Below the pieces are notes generated by a model. That model searched no databases, had not been told where the DNA came from, and saw only the letters and a list, made by a program, of their open reading frames with translations. From Candidatus Omnitrophota bacterium (GTDB lineage: Bacteria > Omnitrophota > Gorgyraeia > B26-G9): 64,000 nt of DNA. Shown in pieces: positions 11,654 through 22,265 of the stretch (positions are counted from its first letter, which is position 1; every line of letters begins with the position of its first letter). The stretch spans positions 46,409 to 110,408 of the forward strand of contig JAHIOQ010000051.1 of the NCBI GenBank assembly GCA_018895275.1, given 5' to 3'. The translations under genes and the position numbers were made by a program.

Positions 11654-13750
11654 TCAAGGCCTTAGCCGCCGCGGAAAAAGTTCTGCCGCCTTGTCCCGTG
11701 CCTTGCGCGCCTTGTCCTTAGAGCCCTTACGCTCGTAAAAGGCAGCAAGATTATAATATGCCTCAAAATAAGCCGGGTTTATTTCCACCGCCTTAAGATA
11801 GGCTTCTTCAGCCGCGTCATCCTGCCTCATATTTTCATAGATAATACCCAGGTGATTAAATACCGGCGCAAAATTCTCATTAAGCTCCTGTGCCTGTTTA
11901 AGCAGCCTTAACGCATCGTCAAAATCACCTTTTGTACCGTAAGCAGCGGCCAGATTTACCATTGTGCCCACGTCCTCATGGTCGATCGATAATGCCTGCC
12001 CGTAATACTGCATTGCCTCATCGGTCTTGCCCTGACGGGACAATGCCAGGCCGATATTCGTGTACGCGGCCGTATCCTGGGGGTCTTTGTCGATTACCTT
12101 TTGGAAATGCTTAATCGCCGCGTCAAAATTCCCCCGTTCAAGCTCAAGCACGGCTAAATTGTATAATGTATCCGGATTATTTTGATTCATGCGCCAGGCC
12201 TGTTCAAATGACTTTTTCGCCCGTGCATAATCGCCCTTATATTGAAATGCCGTACCCAGATTAAAAAACCAGCGGGATGTATCCTCATCAGCCACGCCGA
12301 ACAAGCGCGAATTACAATATATAAACATTAACAAGAAAACAGCCAGTGAAATAAAAAAGGCCTTATATTTTTTTTCTTTTAAAATACGGCACCACCACAA
12401 AAGCCCCGCACCCGCGAACATAATAAAATACGGCAATATCGGCGCGCGGTAGCGGCTGACGACAAAGAAGATGAGCATAAGCAGCAGATGCGCGGCAATA
12501 AATAAAATCAGCAGCATGATTCCCTTATCTCTTTTAAATGAAACCCCGATGCCGAGCAGCGCCAAGGGGCAAATTATGCCGAACGGAAACAAAATGAGCG
12601 GATGCGCAAAAACCAGCATCTGCAGCAGCGGCGACCATAACCGGAAAAAATAGATGCTTTGGTTTTCCGGAATTTCATAGCCGTTGAACAGGTAATAGAA
12701 TTTACGCATCAGCAGGCCTATAAAATGCATCGGTTGAGTAAAAACATATTCCCCTGTTTTTATCATCCAGTAATTGGAAACCTCGGAAGGCTGCATCTTT
12801 CTTCCGGTAGCGCGTTCTGCCGCTTTTATGGAAGAAACCCAGACATTATCCTCCCAGCCCTTATAAGAAAAATCCCGTGTCGGCGGCACCGCGCTCTTCC
12901 CGTCAGCCATAGGATTATTGCCGATATAAAGATTGATGCCGGCTGAGGAAGAAAGCAGGACAAAGTTTCCGCCTCCCAGATAATTACGTAAAGAAAAAGG
13001 CAGCACCGACAAAACAGTGCCCAGAAAAAGAAAAATCACCGACTGAAAGGCAATTTTATTAACGATTATCTTCAGCTTGCCTGCGAGTTTTTGTGGAGGC
13101 ACTGCCGTTTGCTCTTGTTTCTGCTCTTTTTCCAAGCTGAAGAAATATACCCAAACGCAAAGCATCGGAAAAAACATAATGATATTCACGCTGGTTTGCA
13201 GGCTAATGCCGAAGAGTACACCGCAGCTGGCCCATTTCCATAAGGCGGGTTTTTCCATGCAGCGCAAAAGCGCAAGCAGAAGAATAAGATTAAGGCAGAT
13301 TGTCAGGCCGACACTTAGAAACTCCGCGTCAAAATAGATCAAGACCCCGGAAAGGCTGCAGACAAGCGCAGCCCATGCGCCGATGCAACGGTTAAACACT
13401 TTTTTACCCAGCATATAGACCAGCACACAGTTAAAAGCTCCCATGATCATCTGCGCTACACGGGCAGCAACAAAGCCCTTACCTAAAAATTTAAAAAGTA
13501 ACGCCAGAAAATAAATATAGAGCGGAACCCTTGGCATAACAACCCCTTTAACAAACCAGTCCCCCGCAGAAAGACGTAAAGCCCCACCATAGTGAGAAAG
13601 AGCATCAATAATCGGGCTTGTAAAAAAAGGCGAGTTCCTGTATTGGTAAAGGTATACTAATCGTAAAAAAAACCCGACAAGAAAGATTCCCCAAACAAAG
13701 AATAGTTCTTTGAGCCGTAAATACTTTATTTCTTTTTTTTCCATATCCAT
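11654..13750 (-). CDS. GT-C fold glycosyltransferase (PMT_2/ArnT-like, GT39/GT83-type) with a C-terminal TPR repeat domain
   Basis: 698 aa. About 11 N-terminal TM helices resemble dolichyl/undecaprenyl-phosphate-sugar dependent transferases. The C-terminal 230 aa consist of 6-7 TPR repeats (AxxYxxLGxxY patterns). Confidence 0.65.
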   Translation of the reverse strand: MDMEKKEIKYLRLKELFFVWGIFLVGFFLRLVYLYQYRNSPFFTSPIIDALSHYGGALRLSAGDWFVKGVVMPRVPLYIYFLALLFKFLGKGFVAARVAQMIMGAFNCVLVYMLGKKVFNRCIGAWAALVCSLSGVLIYFDAEFLSVGLTICLNLILLLALLRCMEKPALWKWASCGVLFGISLQTSVNIIMFFPMLCVWVYFFSLEKEQKQEQTAVPPQKLAGKLKIIVNKIAFQSVIFLFLGTVLSVLPFSLRNYLGGGNFVLLSSSAGINLYIGNNPMADGKSAVPPTRDFSYKGWEDNVWVSSIKAAERATGRKMQPSEVSNYWMIKTGEYVFTQPMHFIGLLMRKFYYLFNGYEIPENQSIYFFRLWSPLLQMLVFAHPLILFPFGIICPLALLGIGVSFKRDKGIMLLILFIAAHLLLMLIFFVVSRYRAPILPYFIMFAGAGLLWWCRILKEKKYKAFFISLAVFLLMFIYCNSRLFGVADEDTSRWFFNLGTAFQYKGDYARAKKSFEQAWRMNQNNPDTLYNLAVLELERGNFDAAIKHFQKVIDKDPQDTAAYTNIGLALSRQGKTDEAMQYYGQALSIDHEDVGTMVNLAAAYGTKGDFDDALRLLKQAQELNENFAPVFNHLGIIYENMRQDDAAEEAYLKAVEINPAYFEAYYNLAAFYERKGSKDKARKARDKAAELFPRRLRP

Positions 13751-15246
13751 AATTTTAGAGTGGGAAAAACAAGTTTATCAAAAATAGTACGCAAAACAAA
13801 CAAGGGCTTCTTAAATATAAACATATTATATTTACTGAAAAATTTAAACGGATTTCTTAAAATTAATTTAAGATTATATGTCCAGTACCATTTTCGCCTT
13901 AAGTTTTCAAGAAAATTGCCGTCAAACTCCTCTGTCTGAAATTTGGACTTGAAGTAATCGAAACAGGTATCATCTTTATTGTCTTTGAAATAGCCTTTTT
14001 TTTTGCAGTAATCATATATTTCAGTTCCCGGCAAAGGATTCGCGATAAACAAGGAAACTCTATCCAGCCTGATCTTATCCATAAACTCCAGGGTACGATA
14101 AATCTGAGCCTTAGACTCTCCAGGAAAGCCGATCATAAAAAAACCATATGTATCAATCCCATAGTCCTTAATCAGTTTTACTGTTCTTACTATCTGCCGC
14201 AAATCTGTAGGCTTTTTCAGGACATCACGCAATATCTGTTCATCACCGCTTTCAACCGCAAGCGTTAGCTCATAACAACCGCTTTGTTTCATAAGGCTGA
14301 CCATTTCTTCATCAAGTGTCTGCGCGGCAATCCCATTGGGAGTATTCCAGCTAAAGTTAAATTCGCGTTCGATCATGCCGCGGAAAATATCTTTTGCCCT
14401 TTGAGAATCTAAAGTCAGGTTATCATCGAAAAATTTAAGTTCTCGAATACCAATGGATTTAAGGTGTTCCATTTCTTTGAGCACGCCCTTAACTGAACGC
14501 GGCCTGTAAGTTCTGCCCCAGAAATGACAGGAACTGCAGAAAGCGCATTGAAAAGGACAACCGCGGGAGGTAATCATATTCATTGCCGGAGACTGACGGC
14601 TAATCAGCCCCATGGGTAGCCCAATACGAAAATATTTTTCTAAAGGAAGCAAATCTCTTGCCGGCATTGGAATTGAATCAATATCTTCAATTAAGCGCGC
14701 CCGGGGGTTTATCCTCACCTTTTCGTTATCTCGGAAAGCAATCCCGTCTATAAGGCTAAAATCATCGCCCGATGAAATAGAATCCATAAGTAATTTAAAA
14801 GGCTTCTCACCTTCCCCGAGCACGACAAAATCAATGTTTTGATCGTTTAAGCACTCATGCGGTAAAAAGGTGGGATGCGTGCCGCCGATAACAGTGATGA
14901 TATCCTTTGATACTGATTTTGCAGCTTCGCATATCTGCGCTACCACGGAAAACTGGCTGGAGTAAAGACAAGAAATCCCGACTGCGCCCGGATCAAATCT
15001 GCTTATATGATTTTTGATCTGTTCTATGGACAGTCCGTAGCAAAGAAATTCCCCCTTTATCTTCCTTTCTGAATTATAGCCTTCTACAGCAGCATCAAGC
15101 AGCCGTACATCATAATCATTGCGTAAAAAAGCGCCAAGATACGTTATCCCCAAAGGCGGCATTATCTGCTTTGGGCTTTCCGAGGAAAAAACCACGGGAG
15201 GAAAAATCAGAAGAATTTTTTTTATATCCCGGCTCGAGATTATCAT
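13726..15246 (-). CDS. B12-binding domain-containing radical SAM protein (class B)
   Basis: It has an N-terminal cobalamin-binding Rossmann-like region (ILLIFPPVVF..PPLGITYLGAFL) and a radical SAM core with SRGCPFQCAFCSS. It overlaps both neighbouring genes. Confidence 0.8.
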   Translation of the reverse strand: MIISSRDIKKILLIFPPVVFSSESPKQIMPPLGITYLGAFLRNDYDVRLLDAAVEGYNSERKIKGEFLCYGLSIEQIKNHISRFDPGAVGISCLYSSQFSVVAQICEAAKSVSKDIITVIGGTHPTFLPHECLNDQNIDFVVLGEGEKPFKLLMDSISSGDDFSLIDGIAFRDNEKVRINPRARLIEDIDSIPMPARDLLPLEKYFRIGLPMGLISRQSPAMNMITSRGCPFQCAFCSSCHFWGRTYRPRSVKGVLKEMEHLKSIGIRELKFFDDNLTLDSQRAKDIFRGMIEREFNFSWNTPNGIAAQTLDEEMVSLMKQSGCYELTLAVESGDEQILRDVLKKPTDLRQIVRTVKLIKDYGIDTYGFFMIGFPGESKAQIYRTLEFMDKIRLDRVSLFIANPLPGTEIYDYCKKKGYFKDNKDDTCFDYFKSKFQTEEFDGNFLENLRRKWYWTYNLKLILRNPFKFFSKYNMFIFKKPLFVLRTIFDKLVFPTLKLWIWKKKK

Positions 15247-16745
15247 TGTTTTATAATTCTGTTAATATCCGCAAGCGTGGTCCGTATTGTCATAACCGGA
15301 TGCGTGACAATCATCGTAAAAAACTTTTTAAAAAAACGGATGGGATGACGAAATAACAGCGTCAACAGATAAAGATTAAATTGCGACAACACCAGCTTTT
15401 CGACCTCACGGGAACTCATGTCTTCAGTTTCTATATTAGCATAATCAAATGCGATATCCTCAAAGGAAAAATCTTCCTTCAAGAAGCCCTTCTTTTTACA
15501 AATCTCGTATAGTTCAGAACCAGGCACAGGATTGGCAATGAAAAACCATGCGCAATCAAGGTCTTGTTTCTTAGCAAAGTCAAACGTATTCAATATATGT
15601 TCTTTTTTTTCCCCGGGCAACCCCGCGATAAAATATCCATTAACCTGTATTTCTAATTTTTTCATTTTTTCTGCCATAGAGCTTGCGTGTTTTAGATTTA
15701 ACGGTTTTTTAATTATTTTATCCAAGACTTCCTGGTTTCCGCTTTCAAAAGGAATGTTTACCTCATAACATCCGCTTGCCTTCATAAGTTCAAGCATCTC
15801 CTCGTCGATTGTCCACATCGCGATTCCGCTCGGCGCCGACCAATAAACCTTAAACCTGCGGTCTATAATTCCCTGAAAAATCTGCCGAGCCCGTTTTTTA
15901 TCAAGCGTTAAATTATCATCGACAAACTGTATCTCTTTTATTCCGTATTGCTTAACCAAAACCTCGATCTCATCCAAAACATTCTTCGCCGAACGACCTC
16001 GATAAATATTACCCCAGTAATTATTTGTTGCACAAAAAATACATTTTGACGTACAACCACGGCTTGTCAGGACAGAAGCATTCTTCCGGCTTTTAAAGGT
16101 GATGCTAAAAGGCACGCCTTTTTTTTCGTAAAACTTTAACGGAAGCAGGTCAATTGCCGGAAACGGCAGGACATCAAGATCTTTAATAAATTTTGTCTTC
16201 GGATTAATCGCAAAAGAACCATTTTTGCGAAAAGCCAGCCCGTCAATATCTGTATAATTTTGGCCTGTATCTATCTTCTGCAGCAATAGTTTAAATGAAT
16301 CTTCCCCTTCCCCTAAAATAATGAAATCAATATCACCATTCTTAGACATCGTCTCCTCTGCTAAAAATGTAGGGTGAGTGCCTCCGAGAACTGTTATGAT
16401 TTTTTGGTCATTTTTTTTAATAAGCCTGCAAAGCTTACTGATTTCTGGAAAATGAAAAGAAGACAAACAGCTAATACCAACAACGTCCGGTCCGTAAGCT
16501 GTGATTTTTCGAATAATTTCTTCTAAGGTATAGCCGTAATAGTCCCATTTGCTCTTCCGGGAAGTAATCGTTTGAAACTTTGCTCTGCCGTCTATAATCC
16601 GCACATCAAAATCATTCCGAATAACCGCCGCAAGGTAGGCCAGCCCTAATGGCGATTCGCAGTGTTGAAAATGGCCTCTGAGGACTTTCCCCGGCGGATA
16701 CATGAGCAAAACATTTTTTATTTTCTTTTTAATCAGCCCCGGCAT
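15243..16745 (-). CDS. B12-binding domain-containing radical SAM protein (class B)
   Basis: It has the same architecture, with LLMYPP..PLGLAYLAAV and TSRGCTSKCIFCAT. The ATGA stop and start overlap with the upstream gene. Confidence 0.8.
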   Translation of the reverse strand: MPGLIKKKIKNVLLMYPPGKVLRGHFQHCESPLGLAYLAAVIRNDFDVRIIDGRAKFQTITSRKSKWDYYGYTLEEIIRKITAYGPDVVGISCLSSFHFPEISKLCRLIKKNDQKIITVLGGTHPTFLAEETMSKNGDIDFIILGEGEDSFKLLLQKIDTGQNYTDIDGLAFRKNGSFAINPKTKFIKDLDVLPFPAIDLLPLKFYEKKGVPFSITFKSRKNASVLTSRGCTSKCIFCATNNYWGNIYRGRSAKNVLDEIEVLVKQYGIKEIQFVDDNLTLDKKRARQIFQGIIDRRFKVYWSAPSGIAMWTIDEEMLELMKASGCYEVNIPFESGNQEVLDKIIKKPLNLKHASSMAEKMKKLEIQVNGYFIAGLPGEKKEHILNTFDFAKKQDLDCAWFFIANPVPGSELYEICKKKGFLKEDFSFEDIAFDYANIETEDMSSREVEKLVLSQFNLYLLTLLFRHPIRFFKKFFTMIVTHPVMTIRTTLADINRIIKQ

Positions 16746-16803
16746 AAGATTTTCCTTTTAAAACCGCTCAATTTAATTTTAAAGGCGCTCAACAAAAAAT
16801 AAT

Positions 16804-17847
16804 TTATGCTCCCTTAAAAAGATGCGCGTATTCTTCCCTGAATTTTTTGTCATTTAAAGGACATTCATTCCATTCTTTTCTTTTTTTTATCATTTCCGAA
16901 TCCCACATGCGTTTCAGGATTGCCGGCAAAGGCTCCTGCCGCACATTGCCGAAAGGCACGGGCATAAAACAGCACGGTTGAACATCTCCGTAAGCGGAAA
17001 CATAAAACCACATTCTTTTAAACGCGCTGCAAAGAAAGGGGATATTCTCATCATCAATATATTTTATTTCCCAGAATACCTTGTTATGCTTCAGCTTCTG
17101 CCGTAACAACTTCATCTCTTTTTCTCCCAGCATCACATCATCCCGCTGCGTAAATCTTCCGCTGCGTATCGGCGAAAGGACTCTCAAACACACCCCCAAC
17201 TCGCCGGCTAAAGCGATTAGCCGGTCTAAAGACCCATCCTGCAAAGATTTTTTCACGGCATAAGTAGAGATATACGCTTCTATATTCCTATCCCGGCAAT
17301 GAGATATCCCCTGAACCGCCTTCTCGAAAAGCCCGTTCACTCCGCGTAAACCATCGTGGATATCCCCGGAAGCGCTGTCAATGCTCACGCCGACAAAGTC
17401 TATGCCGCTTTTTTTTAAACGGGAAACATTCTCCTCATTAAGCAAAAAACCATTGGTATCAATGCGGGTTATCATCCCCTTTTCCCTCGCGTAGGAAATT
17501 ATATCAAAAATATGTCCGGCAAGCAGCGGCTCTCCGCCGAGAAAATGAATTTCACTTACACCCATACTCACTGCTTCATCTATAACCCGGATAATTTCCT
17601 CGCGGGTCAATTCCTGTTTAGAATCATCCTTTCTGTATGAGGCATAACAATGCGCGCATTTGCACTGGCAATTATAATTCAAGGCAATCATCATCGTAGA
17701 GTCAAACAAAAATACAACTGCCGGGAAATAACGCGCGATTATTTTATAATAGGCGTAGAGCAGAAACTTCACCGCCCGGTTGTGATAAAAAGGAATTACA
17801 AACGAACGTTTTAAACGATTAAACAGTCTTAAAAGCATTAATTTCAA
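16804..17847 (-). CDS. radical SAM protein with a C-terminal SPASM/twitch-like domain
   Basis: It has the CxxxCxxC motif NCQCKCAHCY, a glycine-rich SAM motif GGEPLL, and C-terminal cysteines CSAF...GDVQPCCFMPVPFGN typical of SPASM domains. Confidence 0.6.
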   Translation of the reverse strand: MKLMLLRLFNRLKRSFVIPFYHNRAVKFLLYAYYKIIARYFPAVVFLFDSTMMIALNYNCQCKCAHCYASYRKDDSKQELTREEIIRVIDEAVSMGVSEIHFLGGEPLLAGHIFDIISYAREKGMITRIDTNGFLLNEENVSRLKKSGIDFVGVSIDSASGDIHDGLRGVNGLFEKAVQGISHCRDRNIEAYISTYAVKKSLQDGSLDRLIALAGELGVCLRVLSPIRSGRFTQRDDVMLGEKEMKLLRQKLKHNKVFWEIKYIDDENIPFLCSAFKRMWFYVSAYGDVQPCCFMPVPFGNVRQEPLPAILKRMWDSEMIKKRKEWNECPLNDKKFREEYAHLFKGA

Positions 17848-17962
17848 TTTTAATCCGCCTTACTACGGAAAGATCCAAATTTCAAAATATAAAATAGTAT
17901 AACATAAAAGCCGATACAGCACAATTTGACATAAAAATCCGGCTGTGTTACATTAAATCTCT

Positions 17963-19381
17963 ATGAATATAGCACTCATTCGACCTCCCAAAATCAGCGG
18001 CGCCTTTGAGAAGATATTGATTCAGGAGCCGGTCAATATTGCCTATCTGGCCGCTTTCCTCAAGGCAAAGGGGTATCAGGTCTGCATCTGGGACTTTGAG
18101 GTCGAGCCGTTTACCGAGAGCGCGGTGCGGGAAAAAATCTCCCGGTTTTCAGCGGATGTTGCCGCGATAACCGCGATGACTCCGACGATAAATAACGCGC
18201 ACGAAACAGCGCTAATGCTTAAGAAAATCAAACCCTCAATAGTTATCGTTGCCGGAGGCGCGCATGTATCGGCTTTACCGGAAGAAACTTTGCGCGACTT
18301 TCCCGCGTTTGATTATGTTGTCGCCGGCGAGGGAGAAATTCCCCTGGCTGAGCTTTGCCGGAAAGTCGCGAAAAAACAGGCCCCCTCGGAGGTTCCCTGC
18401 GTTGCCTGGCGAAATAACGGGACAATAACCTTAAACAAACCGGGCTTGCCGATAGAAGACCTGGACTCCATCCCCTTTCCACAGCGCAGCCTTTTTAATC
18501 CGCTGCTCTATAAGAACGCCTATGCCGCGGGGATTTCCATGTACGGAAAACGCTCCACGGTTGTATTTACTTCCCGCGGCTGTGCGCAGGATTGCACCTT
18601 TTGCGCCGTGAAAAAGACATCCGGGCCCCGCGTAAGATTCCGCAGCGCGGAGAATGTGATTAAGGAGCTCACCGAATGCCGCGACATATTCGGATATAAT
18701 CACATTACATTTGAGGATACAAACCTCACCCTTAACCGCGAACGCTTCCTTAATATATGCGCAGGCCTGCGCAAACTAAAACTTACCTGGGACTGCCAGA
18801 CAAAGGTGAGCCTTGTTGATAAAGAATTAATCGATATAATGAAGGCCGGCGGCTGTTTGAAGATCGCTTACGGCGTAGAATCAGGAAGCCCGAAAATGCT
18901 CGCTTTAATGAAGAAAAACATAACCCCGGAACAAATCCGACGCGCGTTTCAACTCACGCATCAGGCCGGGATTGTCGCCTGCGGTTTTTTTATCCTCGGC
19001 ACGCACCCGGAAGAAACGAACGATGATGTGCGGCAAACAGAAGCCCTGATTCATGAAATCAAGCCCGATGTGTTTCAACTGGGGATTATTTGCCCTTATC
19101 CGGGTACCGAGATATATTCGATCATGAAAAAAGAAGGGCTTCTTCCGCAGGCCGACTGGAAAAAGTTCAACTTCATGCACAGCCGTCCGCAATGGGGAAC
19201 AAAACATCTTAGCCCTGCCGCGCTTGTGTCCTGGCAAAAAAAGATTTATATGCGTTATATCTTAACACCGCATTTCATTCTATTCGTATTCAGGAAAATG
19301 CTCAATCCGCGCGAAATCCCGCAGACAATCCGATTAGGCCTGTCCCTGCTCAAATACCTTCTCCTTGAAAAACGCGGCTGA
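17963..19381 (+). CDS. B12-binding domain-containing radical SAM protein (class B)
   Basis: It has IALIRPP..PVNIAYLAAFL and TSRGCAQDCTFCAV. It is the only plus-strand gene of the cluster. Confidence 0.8.
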   Translation: MNIALIRPPKISGAFEKILIQEPVNIAYLAAFLKAKGYQVCIWDFEVEPFTESAVREKISRFSADVAAITAMTPTINNAHETALMLKKIKPSIVIVAGGAHVSALPEETLRDFPAFDYVVAGEGEIPLAELCRKVAKKQAPSEVPCVAWRNNGTITLNKPGLPIEDLDSIPFPQRSLFNPLLYKNAYAAGISMYGKRSTVVFTSRGCAQDCTFCAVKKTSGPRVRFRSAENVIKELTECRDIFGYNHITFEDTNLTLNRERFLNICAGLRKLKLTWDCQTKVSLVDKELIDIMKAGGCLKIAYGVESGSPKMLALMKKNITPEQIRRAFQLTHQAGIVACGFFILGTHPEETNDDVRQTEALIHEIKPDVFQLGIICPYPGTEIYSIMKKEGLLPQADWKKFNFMHSRPQWGTKHLSPAALVSWQKKIYMRYILTPHFILFVFRKMLNPREIPQTIRLGLSLLKYLLLEKRG

Positions 19382-20114
19382 GAACGGCCCTGTACTGCTT
19401 CGCGATGAACCCCGGATATTCAAATATCGTGCGGAATATCTTCATTTTGCTCTTTCCCGAACGCAGGTCAAAGCGCAGGGAGACCGGCACTTCCGATACC
19501 TGCGGGGCAAAAACGCGCAGTTTCACGAGAATCTCCGCCATGCAGGAAAACCCCGCCTGCTCAACAAAATTCCCGCCGAAAACCGACAATGCCTTTTTTA
19601 CGAGCCCTACCCGATAGGCACGGAAAAACGTCGTGTAATCCCGCGCGCCTTTTAACGGAAAACAAACACGAAGCAGGCCGTTAATCGAATCGCTGAAAAC
19701 CAGCCGCAGAAACGGCAATTTCACAGCCTCGCTCTTTTCATGATAACGCGAAGCGATAACGATATCGCTGCCGCCTTCCACGGCCTTGATCATCGCCGGA
19801 AACGTATCCGCGGGATGCGTGCGGTCGCAATCCAGGGAAATGAGGATATCCTCATCCGCGGCCTCTGAGCAAACAGCCTTAAACCCGGCCTTAAAAACAT
19901 TTCCCACGCCGCGGTTCGTTTTAAAATCAATAACTTCCAGAGGCAAACGCCCGTGCCATTTCCCTAAAATATCTCCGGTCGCGTCGGTGCTGCCGTCGTT
20001 AACCACGTAAACCTTAAACGGCTTTTTTAATCCGGACAAAACTTCATTTATACGGACAAGCACCGCGGTAATGTTTTTTTCTTCGTTATAGGCCGGTAAT
20101 AAAACAAATATCAT
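19350..20114 (-). CDS. family 2 glycosyltransferase, DPM1/ArnC-like polyprenyl-phosphate sugar synthase type
   Basis: 254 aa. It has the GT-A N-terminus LLPAYNEEKNI and the DxD-type region VVNDGSTDAT. There are no C-terminal TM helices. Confidence 0.75.
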   Translation of the reverse strand: MIFVLLPAYNEEKNITAVLVRINEVLSGLKKPFKVYVVNDGSTDATGDILGKWHGRLPLEVIDFKTNRGVGNVFKAGFKAVCSEAADEDILISLDCDRTHPADTFPAMIKAVEGGSDIVIASRYHEKSEAVKLPFLRLVFSDSINGLLRVCFPLKGARDYTTFFRAYRVGLVKKALSVFGGNFVEQAGFSCMAEILVKLRVFAPQVSEVPVSLRFDLRSGKSKMKIFRTIFEYPGFIAKQYRAVLSRVFQGEGI

Positions 20115-21019
20115 GTTCCCTCTTTTATTTTTTCCACGAGCATCTGCGTGGTCAGAAGCTCATACGTTTGACACATCTTTTTAAGCATCATTTCACAGCG
20201 GCGCTCCCTTTCGGCTAAACTGCCGAAAAAAGGAATTTTAACCTTGTGTTTTTTAAGATCAACCAAATCTATGCCGTGAAACAGATAGGATAGCATTATA
20301 TTTCTTTTTTCAAGCGAGCGCAACCCGTAATCGAATAAAGGCATTCCGAATATAAACACATACGTGCTGTGCATCGGCAGCCGCCAACGGGGAAGAACGC
20401 TTATCCCTACCTCGTACAGCGCTGCCTTTCCGGCAGAGGCCGGGTCCAGTTCATCCGGGGTATATACGCCTAACGGAGCACGTCCGAAGCAAACACCGCC
20501 GCCCTGCATTCTCACCGGTTTTTTTTGCAAAAGCGAATGCAACAAGTTAATAATCGCCGGCATATACGCGGACGGGATAACCGACGCATCATATAAATAC
20601 CCCATCTCCCGGAGAATACGCATAACCCGCGCATTGATACTAAACATCGGCGCGCGAAACCCCACCGGCCCCTTACCGGTCAATCCCTGCAGCTGCGCAT
20701 GCGCCTGCCGGATCTCTCTTTCCTGTTCCTTTACGCTAAGACTGCGGAAATGAAGCGGATGCGTCATGCTGTGATTGGCAATTTCATGCCCTTGCGCGAT
20801 TATTCGCCGCAGGATCCGCTGCCTCGCGGGTATAGCGGCATCCTTACCCACGACAAAAAAAGTCGCCTTTATCCCGCAGCGGCTGAACATCCCTAAAAAC
20901 CGTTCCAAGCCTTCCGCAAAAACCGGGTCATTTGCGTTATCCGCGGCAAACCGCTGACACGGCAGATAACGCTGATACGTCCACAAGGCATCAAGGTCAA
21001 CCTGTATTGTCCCGAACAT
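20111..21019 (-). CDS. polysaccharide deacetylase family protein (NodB homology domain)
   Basis: The product has NodB-type motifs including HEIANHSMTHP and a later Arg/Pro motif. The ATGA overlap with the GT2 gene indicates coupling. Confidence 0.7.
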   Translation of the reverse strand: MFGTIQVDLDALWTYQRYLPCQRFAADNANDPVFAEGLERFLGMFSRCGIKATFFVVGKDAAIPARQRILRRIIAQGHEIANHSMTHPLHFRSLSVKEQEREIRQAHAQLQGLTGKGPVGFRAPMFSINARVMRILREMGYLYDASVIPSAYMPAIINLLHSLLQKKPVRMQGGGVCFGRAPLGVYTPDELDPASAGKAALYEVGISVLPRWRLPMHSTYVFIFGMPLFDYGLRSLEKRNIMLSYLFHGIDLVDLKKHKVKIPFFGSLAERERRCEMMLKKMCQTYELLTTQMLVEKIKEGT

Positions 21020-22265
21020 ATTTACTCCTGATGTATCCGGCGATGATTCGGCTTTTAACCGCCGCGGTGTTAAATGTTTTCAGCAGGCGGCCTTCGGCGA
21101 GTAATTCCGGGATAAAAAGCCCGGCCGGGAATTCGGCAACATCCTTCCTGGCTAGGAGAAACTCCGGCGTAAGCACCGGCTCCACATCGCAATCGGAAAA
21201 AACAAAATACTCATTCACCCAATCCGGCTTAAATCCCGGCGCAATCAGCTTTAGATACTCAATACATTCAGCCAAAAAAATCTCCGGCGTTTTGTTTTCC
21301 AAAACGCGCTGATAAACCGGAAAATAAACAACCGGCATTCCGTTAATCGCGGAGGTATCGATAACCACCTTCATGCCCTTTTGCGGATGCCGAACCATAA
21401 ACAGCCAGTATCCTTTTTTTAAGGGCTGTTTAAGCGATAAAAGCAGCGAGCGTACGCATAAATATTCCGGCGCGCAGGCATGGCCGATAACCCGCGTAAA
21501 ATCCGGACAGAGCAATTTCGTTTGCTTAACCGGCAGACAGCAAACCACACAGTCATATGTTATTGTTCCGGTTTTCGTTTTCAGCTGCCATTTATCCGCG
21601 CCGGCCGGGGCTATCTGCTCTACGTCCGTATCAAACATGAATTTCCCGCCCCGGCAGGATATCACCTCTTCCAAACGCTGCCATAACATATTCAATCCGC
21701 CGCGCAGGCTACCGATGCGCGTATTTTTTTTCTCTTTTAGCCGCGCCCAGATATACGCGGCACTCACATTTTCCGCGGCCCCAAATTTAAATTCCAGCAA
21801 AGGCCGAAAAAAACGTTCATAGCAATCAAGGCCGCATTCATTTTTAAGCCATTGCGCGGCGTCCTTCTCCAGCAACGCTCCGCTGTGTTTACGGCGATAA
21901 TTACGCAGCATAAACCAGGCCAGGCGCAATAAAGCCATTTTTGAGGCTGAGGAGCGGTTCCCGTCTACGTATGCCTCTTTTACCTTTGCCCAATACAATG
22001 AACCGCTCAGCCCAAGCGCGGCAATTACGCGGATAAGCTCCGTGTCGGATTTTGAGAAAAAATGGTTATACCGTTCTATAGTGGCTCCATCATGCCTGAA
22101 AATACCGCCCAGTCCGCCGCAGCGAGCCTCCTTTTCATAAATCGTTACCGCGCATTCCGGCAGCAAATGATACGCGCTCAGCAAGCCGCTGATTCCGGCC
22201 CCGATTACCGCTACCTTCATGTCATGGCCCTGTCCCGGCCTTTGCGCGCAAACAGCAAAGACCAA
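20997..22265 (-). CDS. FAD/NAD(P)-binding oxidoreductase (amine oxidase / UDP-galactopyranose mutase-like fold)
   Basis: It has the N-terminal dinucleotide-binding motif KVAVIGAGISGLLSAYHL followed by EKEARCGGLGG. The specific function is not clear. Confidence 0.55.
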   Translation of the reverse strand: MVFAVCAQRPGQGHDMKVAVIGAGISGLLSAYHLLPECAVTIYEKEARCGGLGGIFRHDGATIERYNHFFSKSDTELIRVIAALGLSGSLYWAKVKEAYVDGNRSSASKMALLRLAWFMLRNYRRKHSGALLEKDAAQWLKNECGLDCYERFFRPLLEFKFGAAENVSAAYIWARLKEKKNTRIGSLRGGLNMLWQRLEEVISCRGGKFMFDTDVEQIAPAGADKWQLKTKTGTITYDCVVCCLPVKQTKLLCPDFTRVIGHACAPEYLCVRSLLLSLKQPLKKGYWLFMVRHPQKGMKVVIDTSAINGMPVVYFPVYQRVLENKTPEIFLAECIEYLKLIAPGFKPDWVNEYFVFSDCDVEPVLTPEFLLARKDVAEFPAGLFIPELLAEGRLLKTFNTAAVKSRIIAGYIRSKYVRDNTG